A DNA stretch of 64,000 nucleotides from Candidatus Sumerlaeaceae bacterium (GTDB taxonomy: Bacteria > Sumerlaeota > Sumerlaeia > Sumerlaeales > Sumerlaeaceae). Made by a program: the position numbers and the translations under genes. The stretch spans positions 92,704 through 156,703 of the forward strand of contig JBPCLP010000024.1 of NCBI GenBank assembly GCA_051003195.1. The letters are read 5' to 3'. The notes below the pieces were generated by a model. The model was not told the origin of the DNA, ran no database searches, and saw only the letters and a list, made by a program, of their open reading frames with translations. Below are positions 47,317-58,030 of this stretch, piece by piece. Each line of letters opens with the position of its first letter. The first letter of the stretch is position 1.

Positions 47317-49590
47317 ATGAAAATCAGAACACTGTCCGTGGCATTACTAACCGTTGCACTCACTTGCCCGGCCCTTGCCCCAGCCTTGAACCTCGTACAA
47401 AACAACTCGTTCGAGGAGACATCGAAGACGGGCGGCGAACCCAACCATTGGTCTGGCTACGCGCCTCATGGCGGGGTAAAATTTAGTAGCGACTCGACCC
47501 TTGCGCACGAGGGTACGCACAGCGCAACCATCGAAACGACCAGCGACCAGATCGGCGTGTTGGTGAGCAATGCGATTCCGGTCGCTCCCGGCGAACCACT
47601 AAAACTGTCAGTCTGGATGCGGGCACCCGACATTTCGACGAGCTCGGGCGGCATGCTCTCGCTCAGCGCAGGTTTCCAGGACCGCTATGGATCGTACTTC
47701 AAATGGTCACGTCACCGCTTTCCTCCGCCTGAAAATCGCGGCGACTGGTTCCTGGTCGAACGCGAGATTACGATTCCCGATCGCGCCGCAACGATGACCT
47801 TTCAGGCCGGCATGCGCTTTATCACGGGCAAAATGTGGATCGACGATGCGAAACTGATCACGTCGCATTCTGCCGTCATACGTTTCGATGTGCCGAACAA
47901 TACCTTCGAACCCGGCGCCACGTCACTGCCGATGGTGCTGATCACGCGCGCGCCCCACAAGCTTCCGTTTACGGTAAAGACCGAACCCGGTGGCGCGACC
48001 AAACAAATACGCGGGAATTCTGTTACTTTGCCATTCACGTTTAAAAAGCGCGGGAGGGTGATCGCTAAAGTCAGTCTGTCGCCCGCGAAGGAAGATGGCG
48101 GTGCAGACTTCGCGACTTCCATCACCGGACAGGTGCCACAGGTGCTCACGACCGAGCCTCTGCTTCCAACGCACTGGGTGGTAGAAGACAAAGAGACGCC
48201 ATCATTCGAAGCAAGGTTCTGGATCGCGGAGCCGGCGAAGTCACGGGCCGGTTTCTCGGCCCGTTGCGAGCTGCTGGACGAGACCAGCAAGACGATTGCG
48301 ACGTGGAAATCCAAGGGACCGCTTTCAGACACCACCACCTTCAAGATGTCGGCACCGAAAAAGGTGGATGCGCCCACGACCTATACTGCGCGCCTGACGC
48401 TCGAGCGCGGTGGCAAGGCAGTGGCATCTGCCGAGATGCCGTGGCGATTCATCCATGCTGACGATACACAGGTGTCGCTGGCCGACGACGGCTACCTGCG
48501 CGTACATGGCAAGCGATTCTTCCCGATCGGGATGTATATGTCGGGAACGCATCCGGACATTAAACAAGGCTCTGGGTTTAACGTCGTTCAGTCGTACAAC
48601 GCGTTTGCCGTGGAGCAGGGCGAGCGGCCGAACAACAACGCTATCCAGCAGTTTCTTGATCGCGCGTATGAGCAGGGTTTTAAAGCGCTCGTGTTTGTGA
48701 ACCACGGGCTGGCGACGCGCCTTGGCCGCGAGGAATCGCTGCGCCGGATCCGCATGTTCCGCAACCATCCGGCCTCGCTGGTGTGGTATGAAGAGGAAGC
48801 CGTTGCGCGCGGGCTGAAGCCGCTGTCCTGGCTGGCCGAACTCGTGGAGGATATGCGCCGCCAAGGCCCGGGCCGCCCCGTGCTGCTCGGTGATCTGATC
48901 GATTACGGCGTCAAGGTGAAGGATCGCAGCAACATGCTGCCCGCCGACCTCATGGATATCGGTATCTGGTGGTGGTATCCCACGCCGCCGCGAAACGCGC
49001 CGGTGGTGGAAGACTATGAAGGCGAGAACGCCGGCCCTGCTCTCGAGTATGTGCCGCCGTCGTATCTTACGCAGGCCAAAACCAAAAAACCTCTGTGGAT
49101 CGCGCTGCAATCATACAAGAAGCCCGACGCTGCCGATGCGCGCTTCCCGACTCCGGAAGAGTACCGCTGCCAGGCCTACCTGTCGATCGTGTGCGGTGCG
49201 AAGGGGTTATACTATTACACGGGATACGGCGAACAGGGGAACGGCATCCTGTCGAAACCGGAGGAAGGACATTGGAAGGAGCTGAAGGCACTCGTACGTG
49301 AACTGCGAAGCATGGAAGACGTTTTCATGGCTCCCGACGCGAAGGAACAGACGACATGCTACGAACCGATGATAAGCATCCGCACAAAACAGCTTTCGGA
49401 CGGGAAAAGGGTGCTGCTCGCCGTGAACCGCTGCAATCGTACGCTGACCGCCGATTTCACAGTGCCGGCGATGGGTGCAGATAAACCGGCAACTGTACGA
49501 TTTGAGAATCGAAATGTCCAGGCCGCGGCCGAAGGACAGATGAAGGATGAATTCCGTCCCTACGCCGTCCACGTCTATGAAATTCCATAG
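47317..49590 (+). CDS. Secreted carbohydrate-active protein (CBM-like N-terminus, GH-like TIM-barrel C-terminus)
   Basis: Signal peptide, 'NLVQNNSFE...WIDD' CBM-like; 'FFPIGMY...RNHPASLVWY..E...PTPEEYRCQAY'. Confidence 0.65.
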   Translation: MKIRTLSVALLTVALTCPALAPALNLVQNNSFEETSKTGGEPNHWSGYAPHGGVKFSSDSTLAHEGTHSATIETTSDQIGVLVSNAIPVAPGEPLKLSVWMRAPDISTSSGGMLSLSAGFQDRYGSYFKWSRHRFPPPENRGDWFLVEREITIPDRAATMTFQAGMRFITGKMWIDDAKLITSHSAVIRFDVPNNTFEPGATSLPMVLITRAPHKLPFTVKTEPGGATKQIRGNSVTLPFTFKKRGRVIAKVSLSPAKEDGGADFATSITGQVPQVLTTEPLLPTHWVVEDKETPSFEARFWIAEPAKSRAGFSARCELLDETSKTIATWKSKGPLSDTTTFKMSAPKKVDAPTTYTARLTLERGGKAVASAEMPWRFIHADDTQVSLADDGYLRVHGKRFFPIGMYMSGTHPDIKQGSGFNVVQSYNAFAVEQGERPNNNAIQQFLDRAYEQGFKALVFVNHGLATRLGREESLRRIRMFRNHPASLVWYEEEAVARGLKPLSWLAELVEDMRRQGPGRPVLLGDLIDYGVKVKDRSNMLPADLMDIGIWWWYPTPPRNAPVVEDYEGENAGPALEYVPPSYLTQAKTKKPLWIALQSYKKPDAADARFPTPEEYRCQAYLSIVCGAKGLYYYTGYGEQGNGILSKPEEGHWKELKALVRELRSMEDVFMAPDAKEQTTCYEPMISIRTKQLSDGKRVLLAVNRCNRTLTADFTVPAMGADKPATVRFENRNVQAAAEGQMKDEFRPYAVHVYEIP

Positions 49591-49623
49591 AGTTGTTGGA
49601 GCACCTGCTCAGCCGCCGCAGTC

Positions 49624-51753
49624 CTATTGTTTCGGAGACGCCGATCCCTTTATAATGTAGCCTTCTTTACCATTGGGTAACTGAACGCGGTGAAACACAG
49701 TTCCGCTTTCAATTAGCCTGACTTCAGTACCGGGAGCAAGGCTCGTCATTGGGTGATTGATGTTCATGTCCCGATAAACGTCGATGTTCTTCTCATTCCG
49801 GCCTGCGCCGCGCGTGCCGAGAACGAGGGTGGTAAAGCCGGCGTCGATGCGTGCACTGGCGCCCGTGGTTGATCCTGCAGTCACCGGAATCTGGCCCTCG
49901 TGAAACGCAAGGTACGCTTGTTGGTTCTGGTACAGTACAACGTAACGGGCGTTTGCGCCTGTACCTTCGAGCCGCAAGTACGGAAGACTGCTTCCAGCAC
50001 GCAGGGTTGCAATGATGGTTCCTGCGGCATCGCGCAACGCGATGGCCGTGTTCTGCTGTGTCCCCACTCCACCCAGAGTCACCTGTTGATTACTGGACAC
50101 AAACGGGGTAGGAGCCGGCGTGAGAGTATATACGGCGGGAGCAGCACCAACAGCGCTCGGTACCACAACGGACGGAGCGGGTTGCGTCGATGACTCGGTT
50201 GAGGGTGCAGGCTGAACTGCCGCGACCGGAGGTGCCGGGGCAGATGGCGTGGGACTGGCCGCCGGCGACACAGTTGGACCTGCCGTTGGTGAGGAAACGG
50301 GACTCACAGTCGGCGAAGGTGTCTGGGCGTCCGGTGATGTCGCCGCTCTTTCCTGCAGGATTTTCGACATCGTCTCGGCCCGTGCCGCACGACGGCCGGT
50401 AAGCTCTGGCATCCGGTTCTCGATCCGACGATGCTGCATTTTTTGAAACATAAACATCGCACCCAGGGCAACAAGCGCCGCCGTACCCGCCGCTGCCACG
50501 ATTATAAAAAACGTAGTCCGCATCGGCGGGACACCCTGTACGGCTGCGGCTGCCAACGCAGTTTTCGTCGAGCCCGCATCTGGATGGAATGCTCCCTGCA
50601 CCGGCTCAGGAGTTACTGGCGCTCCGGGCGGCGGGGGCGGTGGAGGAGGCAAGCCGCCTCTTGGCATGGGCTCGGTAATCTCCCCCGGACCGACCGTTGC
50701 GGCTGCCGGTTGCACCTGTTTTTCCCCGCCAAAAACCGCCGTTGACGGCGCCGGTGATGGCGATCCCGGATTCGCGCCAGCTGCCTCAGGCGTCTGCATG
50801 GTCGTGGTGGAAACATGACCGCCTTTTACACGCACATCCGGCGCAAGTGCGGATATTGCCGCAGCCAGTCCACCATATGTCTGGTAGCGCTGCTCGGGGT
50901 CCTTCTGCGTCATCTTCTTCAGGACATCCAGCACGCGCCCGTTTTCCAGCGCCTGTAAACTTACGGGCTCGGGCAGTGGCTCCTGGATCTGTTTAAGCAA
51001 CACGGTAATGGGCTGCTCCGCGGTGAACGGCAGCTGCCCCGTCAGCATCTGGTAAAATGAAATGCCCAATGCGTAGATGTCAGAGCGGTGATCGGCTTCC
51101 TCTCCGCGGGCCTGTTCGGGACTCATGTAGTTAGGGCTGCCCATTGTCGTGCCGGCCGCTGTCATCTGTGTGTCATGCTCGATCATTTTGGCGAGGCCGA
51201 AGTCTGCGATCTTCATGCGGAAATCCGGCGTAAGCATGAGATTGCTGGGCTTGATATCGCGGTGGATAATTCCACGGGCGTTCGCATAGCTTAGGCCTTC
51301 GATCGCCTGCAGCAGCATGAATACAGATTCGTGCAGCGGCACCGTGCCGCACTGCTTCATACGCTGCGTGATCGTTTCGCCTTCCACCAGCTCCATGACG
51401 AAATACATCACACCCTGCTGATCGCCGAACGTGTACACCTGCACGATGCTAGGGTGGTTGAGCCGCGCGACGGCGCGAGCTTCGCGTCCAAAGCGCTTTA
51501 CGGCCTCTTCGTTAGCCAGCAGTTCCTTGCGCATCAGCTTCACGGCCACATCGCGCTCGAGATTCGTGTCGAACGCCTGCCACACCTCGCCCATCCCGCC
51601 GCGTCCGAGTAGCTTTGTCAGGCGGTACGGACCAAGCTCTGTGGGCACCTGCACCATAACCGTGCGATCGGGCCCGCCCATAAACGATAAGTCGTCATCG
51701 TCAGAGCCAGCAACCGCAGGCTTGTGTGGCGGATCGGGACAGTTTGGAGCCAT
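49624..51753 (-). CDS. Membrane Hanks Ser/Thr kinase with extracellular SH3-like C-terminus
   Basis: GRGGMG, VAVK, HRDIKPSN, DFG, GSPNYMSPE; Pro-rich linkers, one TM. Confidence 0.92.
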   Translation of the reverse strand: MAPNCPDPPHKPAVAGSDDDDLSFMGGPDRTVMVQVPTELGPYRLTKLLGRGGMGEVWQAFDTNLERDVAVKLMRKELLANEEAVKRFGREARAVARLNHPSIVQVYTFGDQQGVMYFVMELVEGETITQRMKQCGTVPLHESVFMLLQAIEGLSYANARGIIHRDIKPSNLMLTPDFRMKIADFGLAKMIEHDTQMTAAGTTMGSPNYMSPEQARGEEADHRSDIYALGISFYQMLTGQLPFTAEQPITVLLKQIQEPLPEPVSLQALENGRVLDVLKKMTQKDPEQRYQTYGGLAAAISALAPDVRVKGGHVSTTTMQTPEAAGANPGSPSPAPSTAVFGGEKQVQPAAATVGPGEITEPMPRGGLPPPPPPPPGAPVTPEPVQGAFHPDAGSTKTALAAAAVQGVPPMRTTFFIIVAAAGTAALVALGAMFMFQKMQHRRIENRMPELTGRRAARAETMSKILQERAATSPDAQTPSPTVSPVSSPTAGPTVSPAASPTPSAPAPPVAAVQPAPSTESSTQPAPSVVVPSAVGAAPAVYTLTPAPTPFVSSNQQVTLGGVGTQQNTAIALRDAAGTIIATLRAGSSLPYLRLEGTGANARYVVLYQNQQAYLAFHEGQIPVTAGSTTGASARIDAGFTTLVLGTRGAGRNEKNIDVYRDMNINHPMTSLAPGTEVRLIESGTVFHRVQLPNGKEGYIIKGSASPKQ

Positions 51754-51982
51754 GGTTTCACATCAACTTGCAAGGCCGGTCGATGAATTGCAAAGGGGAA
51801 ACTTACGAACGATTCCTAAAATAGCCGTGATAGTTTTCACACGTGAATTGCTGGTTTTTGACCAGCTTCCAGCCTCAAAATAGTAAGACCGATCCAATGC
51901 GAGCAGGTCGCGTCCACTGGATTTCCTTACCAGGAACCGCGATGCAAACACCAGCACGATACTCGCACAGTCGGGCGTCCAC

Positions 51983-52025
51983 AAACCGCTCCGGCGCTGA
52001 ACCACCAGCCCGGGGCGGTTTTTTT
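51983..52025 (+). terminator. Intrinsic terminator on + strand
   Basis: AAACCGCTCCGG...CCGGGGCGGTTT stem (G-U pair only on +) followed by a T7 tract. Confidence 0.65.
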
Positions 52026-52124
52026 GGAAAGGCGTAATCTACGACGTGTTGCATCGAGCGCAATAGGCCGAGTGCCGATACCCGCACAGCAATGAAGAGA
52101 TCTAAGAGAGTCAGCAGGAAAAAA

Positions 52125-52171
52125 TGGAGCGGGAAACGAGTCTCGAACTCGCGACCTCCACCTTGGCAAGG
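52125..52171 (-). tRNA. 3' half only of tRNA-Gly(GCC): att-site duplication, not an intact tRNA
   Basis: Minus strand CCTTGCCAAGGTGGAGGTCGCGAGTTCGAGACTCGTTTCCCGCTCCA (anticodon loop to CCA); 5' half absent. Confidence 0.88.
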
Positions 52172-52868
52172 CAAGATCCCATTCCTCCTGAGAACACATC
52201 TGAACTCATCTCACTCAACTTAGACGATGAGGTGTGCTCATGATTCCTCAGGAAAACCCGCGGTTTCCCGCACAACTGCGGGCATATTGCTGGCATGAAT
52301 CGGTTCACGTAGCAGCCCGCTTGTGAAGATGTTCCATCCCGACAAGCTGCTCATGCGGGATGACTACCGCACCAAGTCAATATGCGGGAGGCATTAAAGG
52401 GTGTTTTTTACGACCTTACCCCTAGGAGCGAAGCTCCTTTGTTACCTTGTCGCGCAGGGCTCCTAGAGCGCTCTCGTTCCATACAAGGGTGGCAAGAACT
52501 AAGTAGTCAGAACTGACAGCCCATGCTGACTTCAACCAGAGGTGAATCTCTTCTCCTGAGCACTTCGGAGACCTGCCAAAGCTAGTCCACGTGGTTCAAT
52601 CGGTCACTAATAGTAGGAATTCAACCAAAGGAGAGCAGCCAAATGGAATACGAGTACATCGCCGAAATCGAAGCTGACGAACGGGTCCAAAAAACTGAAT
52701 TCGGAGGGACGATGTGAACAGTTATTATGGTTGCGCTCGCTTGATCGCTCCTGGGAATCGGCGCTGCCAACGTGATCATTAAGCTCGTAGTGTGCCAATT
52801 GATCGGCTTTGGGCTGTTGAACATCGGGGGCATGACCCTGCTTGGCGTTGGACGGGCGGTGTAGGCAA

Positions 52869-53396
52869 ATGAACTTCGACGACTGGGCGCGGCAGTTTAC
52901 GGACGTACAGCGCCGCGGGCCGATGCGCTACATTGACCCAGTGAGTCTCCTGACGTTACTCGCGCACTTTGTACCCGACCACCTGCGTGGTGAGGCTACC
53001 GCCAGTGCCATGGAGATCGAATGGGTGCAGCGATACGTCATGGACGTAATAGGCGACCGTCTTACCCACCGGGATGTGCTGCGCGCCGAGCTTGGGTATT
53101 ACGACTGCCCGGAGCGGGTGTTGGCCCTCAGCACGATCGACGGGTATTGTATTGCCTCTGTTCTGCTGGAACGACAGGAACGCATCTACACTGCGTTTGC
53201 GTATACTTCGTGTGAGCCCGCAATCATCGAGGTTTTGCGCGAAACACCTGAGGAGGTGCTTACAGGCTTCCCCGAGGCGCATCACCGGGTTGTTCGCGTG
53301 GTGAATTGCATGCCTGAGGAATTTTGCGAACGCGCCGTGGCATCGATGGCAACCCTCGTGACAGGTCGATGGGTGTGCTACGACCAGGTCGTATGA
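52869..53396 (+). CDS. Hypothetical protein
   Basis: 175-aa ORF from ATG 52869, no recognised motif. Confidence 0.5.
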   Translation: MNFDDWARQFTDVQRRGPMRYIDPVSLLTLLAHFVPDHLRGEATASAMEIEWVQRYVMDVIGDRLTHRDVLRAELGYYDCPERVLALSTIDGYCIASVLLERQERIYTAFAYTSCEPAIIEVLRETPEEVLTGFPEAHHRVVRVVNCMPEEFCERAVASMATLVTGRWVCYDQVV

Positions 53397-53414
53397 TAGA
53401 CAGGTAGAGACCAA

Positions 53415-54122
53415 TCAGCGGAAGTCCGGCTGCAAGAGCTTGCGGACATAGTCGATAGATAATTGCCTATCGGGAAATGCTCCAATGTCCAGTGGCTGTT
53501 CGCTGTACCCCTCAGGCATAGCGGGAACTTCGAATTTGCCCACGACATATGTCTTTTTGCCATCATTGAACTGCAGTAAGTACTTCCCTTCAATCACGTC
53601 CTCGACGCGAAAGGAGCCGTCGCTGTTCAGCGCCACGGAGTAAACTCGGCGCCGGGCGCTATATTCTTTGTACTCGCGGGTCTTTGTCCACGCCGTCCAG
53701 GCCTCGTTTGTCGCTGTTGTCGGTGGATCCTGGTAGCGAACGAATCCTGGGGGGACTGGATCAACCGGCACCAGCTGAATACTGCTACCGCGATCCTCAA
53801 CATCGGTTGCTTGCTTCTCCCGACAAAGTTTTCCGGTAACGGGCCTTCCCTCCCCTCCGATCTGCACATGGGAAATCTGCCCTGGGGACACAGCCACTTC
53901 TTTCGTGTAAGTCACGCTACGCGTGTTGCCTTGGATAACCTGCGGCCCAACTTGCACCGAACTGACAAACGGCAGCACTCGCAGAAACTGGAACTCGCCG
54001 TTTGCATTCGTCTTCGCTTCCAGCTCCCACTCCAACAGCCGTACAGAGTGATTAAACTGCAGACGCAGGCGCAGCAGCTCCAATCGCGTCGGCTGTTCTT
54101 CCAAGGAAACGCCGCTGGTCAT
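53415..54122 (-). pseudogene. Probable fragment of a carboxypeptidase-regulatory-like (Cna-B) repeat protein
   Basis: 'TNANGEFQF', 'VTGKL', 'DGSFRVEDVIEGKYLL'; lacks signal peptide and N-terminal part. Confidence 0.45.
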
Positions 54123-54211
54123 CTGATACAGCGCTTCCCGAAGTGCATCGTTTCCGTTCAGGTGATTATTTCCACAGAATTGACGGCTGGTTTACAGGTC
54201 ATTGAACCAAC

Positions 54212-54751
54212 CTACTTCTTCGTTATGTCGTCATAGGGGATTTCCCCACCAAACATAGTCTTGAAGCTCACGGCATACTTCTTCATCTCAGGGTTTGAGC
54301 GCGTCATAACCTTGAAGGGGGTCTTCTGACCGGGAAGCAAAGGATCGTATTCGACCACCGCATCCTCGCTGCTAATTATGCTATCCTTGTTGGTGTAGTG
54401 GGTGACCACGGCCATGAGGTGAGTGATCTTTTCTCCGCTCATGTTCTGGACTTCTCCATTAATGATCAGGTAACCGCTTTGACGAACCCCATTGTTGCTT
54501 AGCAGCGCCAGCTTAGATGGGGCTGTGATACCGGCTGCACGTGCGTCCGCCGTTTGTCCCGCAGCCATGATCTTAAACAGGGCCTTCACTGAGAACAGAG
54601 CAAACAGCCCCATCACAACTGCTAGACAGCCCCATCCCATGCAGCTCATCTTACTAGCTGGGGGCTTCTGCGGAACCTGGTCTTTCCCGCAGTGTTTACA
54701 TACTAAGGCCTCATCTTGGATTTCCTCTGCACAATAGCGGCACTTTTTCAT
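54212..54751 (-). CDS. Zinc ribbon + TM + FxLYD-like domain protein
   Basis: 'CRYCAEEI...CKHCG', one TM, 'INGEVQN...LLPGQKTPF'. Confidence 0.75.
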   Translation of the reverse strand: MKKCRYCAEEIQDEALVCKHCGKDQVPQKPPASKMSCMGWGCLAVVMGLFALFSVKALFKIMAAGQTADARAAGITAPSKLALLSNNGVRQSGYLIINGEVQNMSGEKITHLMAVVTHYTNKDSIISSEDAVVEYDPLLPGQKTPFKVMTRSNPEMKKYAVSFKTMFGGEIPYDDITKK

Positions 54752-54817
54752 CCGCACATCGGTTTAGAGTATAAAGCGACTGGTCAATAGGCATCGGGCA
54801 ATGCGGCAGACGGCCCC

Positions 54818-55120
54818 CTATACTCTGTCGGCTCCTGGATACTTTACCGAAAAGTGAATGTTTCCGATCCGCTGTCCCAGGATCGTGCCTCCTGATAGCT
54901 CGTAGTCTTCATCCAAAGTCTGTCTGACTGCGAATGCCATTTCTTGAAGTTTATCAGAACTTGGAGCTTCGTGGTCAGGCCTCATCATTATGAAGACCTC
55001 TACGATGTCCGTGCTAGGCGATACCTGCGCATAGACGCTATCGTAGTTGAGTTTTCCCAGCTCTTGATTCAGGCGTTCTTCTAATATTCTACAAAAGGTT
55101 TGCGGTACCAAGTCAGACAT
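54818..55120 (-). CDS. Hypothetical protein
   Basis: ATG 55120 after GGAG; follows the 55132 gene. Confidence 0.5.
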   Translation of the reverse strand: MSDLVPQTFCRILEERLNQELGKLNYDSVYAQVSPSTDIVEVFIMMRPDHEAPSSDKLQEMAFAVRQTLDEDYELSGGTILGQRIGNIHFSVKYPGADRV

Positions 55121-55131
55121 ATTCAAAGCTC

Positions 55132-55545
55132 CTATAGCGCGTACCAGCTCAACTGATCTGGCCACACGGAATCCATGTTCTTGTTCAGGTCATCGACGTC
55201 ATAGCGGACCTCGACAGCACCCAAAACATTCTTGCTGATAACTTCCACGATCAATCCCTGCTCAATGATGGGATGCGGAATTGGAGTGTCTGCGTATTCC
55301 CAGTTTTCCGGTAGGTTGTTAGATATGACTACTGCGACATTGCTCAAGTCACTTAGATAACCGGCAGCCATGTCTCTGGCTTCTTGTTGGGTAACGAAAC
55401 CTGCTGCAACGCATTGTGCAGACCAGTTCTCGTCAATTGCCTTGCCGGGTAGAAGGGTTACACCGGGGAATTCCTGCTGAAAGAAGTTCTGCAAAACGTT
55501 TCCAGGCGACATAAGGCTGTCCTTTGAGTGGTAGTAGGTCTGCAT
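55132..55545 (-). CDS. Hypothetical acidic protein
   Basis: 137-aa ORF, co-oriented with the 54818 ORF. Confidence 0.5.
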   Translation of the reverse strand: MQTYYHSKDSLMSPGNVLQNFFQQEFPGVTLLPGKAIDENWSAQCVAAGFVTQQEARDMAAGYLSDLSNVAVVISNNLPENWEYADTPIPHPIIEQGLIVEVISKNVLGAVEVRYDVDDLNKNMDSVWPDQLSWYAL

Positions 55546-55684
55546 ATACCAGCAAGAAGAAACAGGATTCTAGATCATCTAGAATCCACCTATCGGCTAA
55601 AACGCCGTCCCAGAATGATTCCAGAAGGTGAGGGATCAGGACCAACTCGTCCTTGGGCAGAGCGGCCTGTGTTTAGCAACTAGG

Positions 55685-55939
55685 CTAAGGCAATTCGCAA
55701 AGCTTTGAGCCCAAAGCAAAAACCAACTCCCTGGTCTCTTTCTGAACCTCTTCAACTTCTTCCAATCCGGGACGATATGCGTGTTTATGGACAATATCAT
55801 TTCGCTTCTGGGCAATTTGGGAATTCAATAGACGGACCAGTAGATCAGCGAGGACCGAATCCGAGATTGCCCGGAGTTGAGCCTCATCCGGTGGCTTATC
55901 CAAACGAGGGATCGCGTGAAGAGTTTCGTCTGCTGTCAT
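55685..55939 (-). pseudogene. HEPN-like C-terminal fragment
   Basis: 'IAQKRNDIVHKHAYRP' R-X4-H motif; upstream frames contain stops. Confidence 0.4.
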
Positions 55940-56895
55940 ACGGCGCGAGGTCGCTCAATCGGGTGCCTATACCCCTTTCACTTAAACTATTGCCTGTCCA
56001 AATGGAAAAGTTGCCGCCTGGCCGAAATAAGTACGGCTTCTGTCGCAGGTTGAAACCTCGCCGTCAGCGTGAGCCTTCCCTAATCACAGTCCAAGGCAAA
56101 AGCCATTAAAAATAACGCTGCCCGACTGGGGGTACAACATCTGGGCCAAACGCCGGTGGAGTGACGGAAGGAATTTCAGCACGCCTGATCCAATGATACA
56201 GTTTGCCACCGGCGCTAAACTGTATGGCTACGGATCGCACCTGCCTTGTCTTAAACTCGACAACGGCGATGAAGGTAAGGCAACCCTTCGCCGGTTCGTT
56301 ACACCGAACAGGCAATGAGTGCGACAGTAACTAAGCTCAAGCTTGGAGGAGAGCAGATTGAATTTTTGTAAGGTGGCTCTCTGCAAACTTAAGCCTGGCA
56401 TGATTGTAGAGGTCGCTGCCGAAAGCCGTTTGGTTCATGTTCAGATCCTGGAACTGCGATTCAGTTCGCAGGAAGACTCAATAACCTTGTCTTTTATGGA
56501 CGTGGGCAAACCGCGTTCGATAAAATTCGCTGAAGCTTCCTCACAGGCCATATTAGCCTTCGATCCTCTCGGACGGTAATCAGATTTTGCGCTGCTGTTC
56601 AGCGTTCTGCCTTAACTCCTGAAACAGCTCTCAAGAAATTCGGCCCCGGGGTTGCCGGGGCGAATGAGATGAGTAAACCAATCTGCCCCTTCGTGGGATT
56701 CCGAGGATCGAGCATCAGCAAGAATGCGCCAGCTCACACATGTAACAAAGTCACGGATATATGTTCTTTTGACGAGAAACGAAATGGTTTCGTTTTAATG
56801 CAGGCGATAGAAAGGCTGTAAAACGGTATTTAGCGGAGGCCAAGTTCTCGTTAGAAATTGCTAAATAATAGCGACCGTGAGTCAACTAATGGTCC

Positions 56896-57100
56896 TCAGG
56901 ATTTCTGCTTGCGAACTTTTGCCCAGCGTTTCCTCTGAGCTTCTGCCATTCGGGCGCGTGCTTCAGGGCTCATCTTGCGCCGGCCTCTTCTACCAAGGCG
57001 CGGATATGCTCTTCGATGTGACGGCAGTGCTGATTGACTGGCTGCCAAAACTATCGCTTCTACTCAATGCCCGCCTCGCCAGATCAAGAAGCTCAATCGC
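56896..57100 (-). pseudogene. Frameshifted small basic histone-like protein
   Basis: Frame 1 'IELLDLARRALS...' then frame 2 'GRRGRRKMSPEARARMAEAQRKRWAKVRKQKS*'. Confidence 0.5.
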
Positions 57101-58030
57101 GGTGAAGTTTAATAGGATGAATTTGAAATTTCCAAAGAAATCATCTTCGGGCCGCCCCCAGGCCGAATCGATTTGTTCTTACTTCCCTTTTGGTCTCGCC
57201 ATCAGATACCCCTCTTCATGTGGAAATTCCTACTTAACCTTCAGCAAATCGCGTGAACCTTCAGGTCATTGCAAACAAATATCTCACTAATAACGGAACG
57301 CATCTTAGAACAATGTGAAAGCCAAGTAGATGTCTTCATAGCATCACATCGGACATGTGATGCAGCGGCCGAATATGCGACTGAACGGTCGCGGATTAGC
57401 GGCTCTGTCACAATACCGAACTTCGAGATGATGAGCGTTAGTAGTAACATTGTTACGGCAGGAGAGCGGGCGAACAACTGCGGCCGCGTAGCGCCGAAAG
57501 GTTGCAACACGTCAGCTGCAAAGAATCCGCCACCAAATGGCGAATTGGTCAACAGGCCGCAGCTTAAGAACCAGACGACTGCGCGAAGCCCAGTCGACGC
57601 CCAAAACCAGTAACACCGCCCATGTTGTGCTCGCCTAGACCCAATCGCACCCGCGCCGTAATTGAATTCGCGCAATTCAGTTGACTCCGCAATTCTGCTT
57701 TTATTAACTAATACGATTTGGCAGTGGCAAAAGCTAATAAAACAAGAGCGATCAGAACACAGACTACCCTTAGTAGCCGCTCCAACCGACTGAGTTGTAC
57801 TTAACGAAATGGTGCCTTGCAAAATGGTCATTCTATTTAAAACAATTGCCGCTATATTGATACAATCGCGCCAAGTTGTAACGATTTGGAGATACACTGA
57901 AGCCGCCTTCACTACAGGGAAAACCGCAGCAGCCGACCACCCCCTTGCAGAAGCGACACGCATCGAAAACGGCCGTTCATCAGAATCATACAAAAGTAGC
58001 ACTACGGCGACCCGGTCAAAACGCGTTGAG

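Noticed and set aside
52125..52200. Intact tRNA-Gly
   Set aside because: Sequence 5' of the anticodon loop cannot form the D-arm or acceptor stem; only the 3' half is present.
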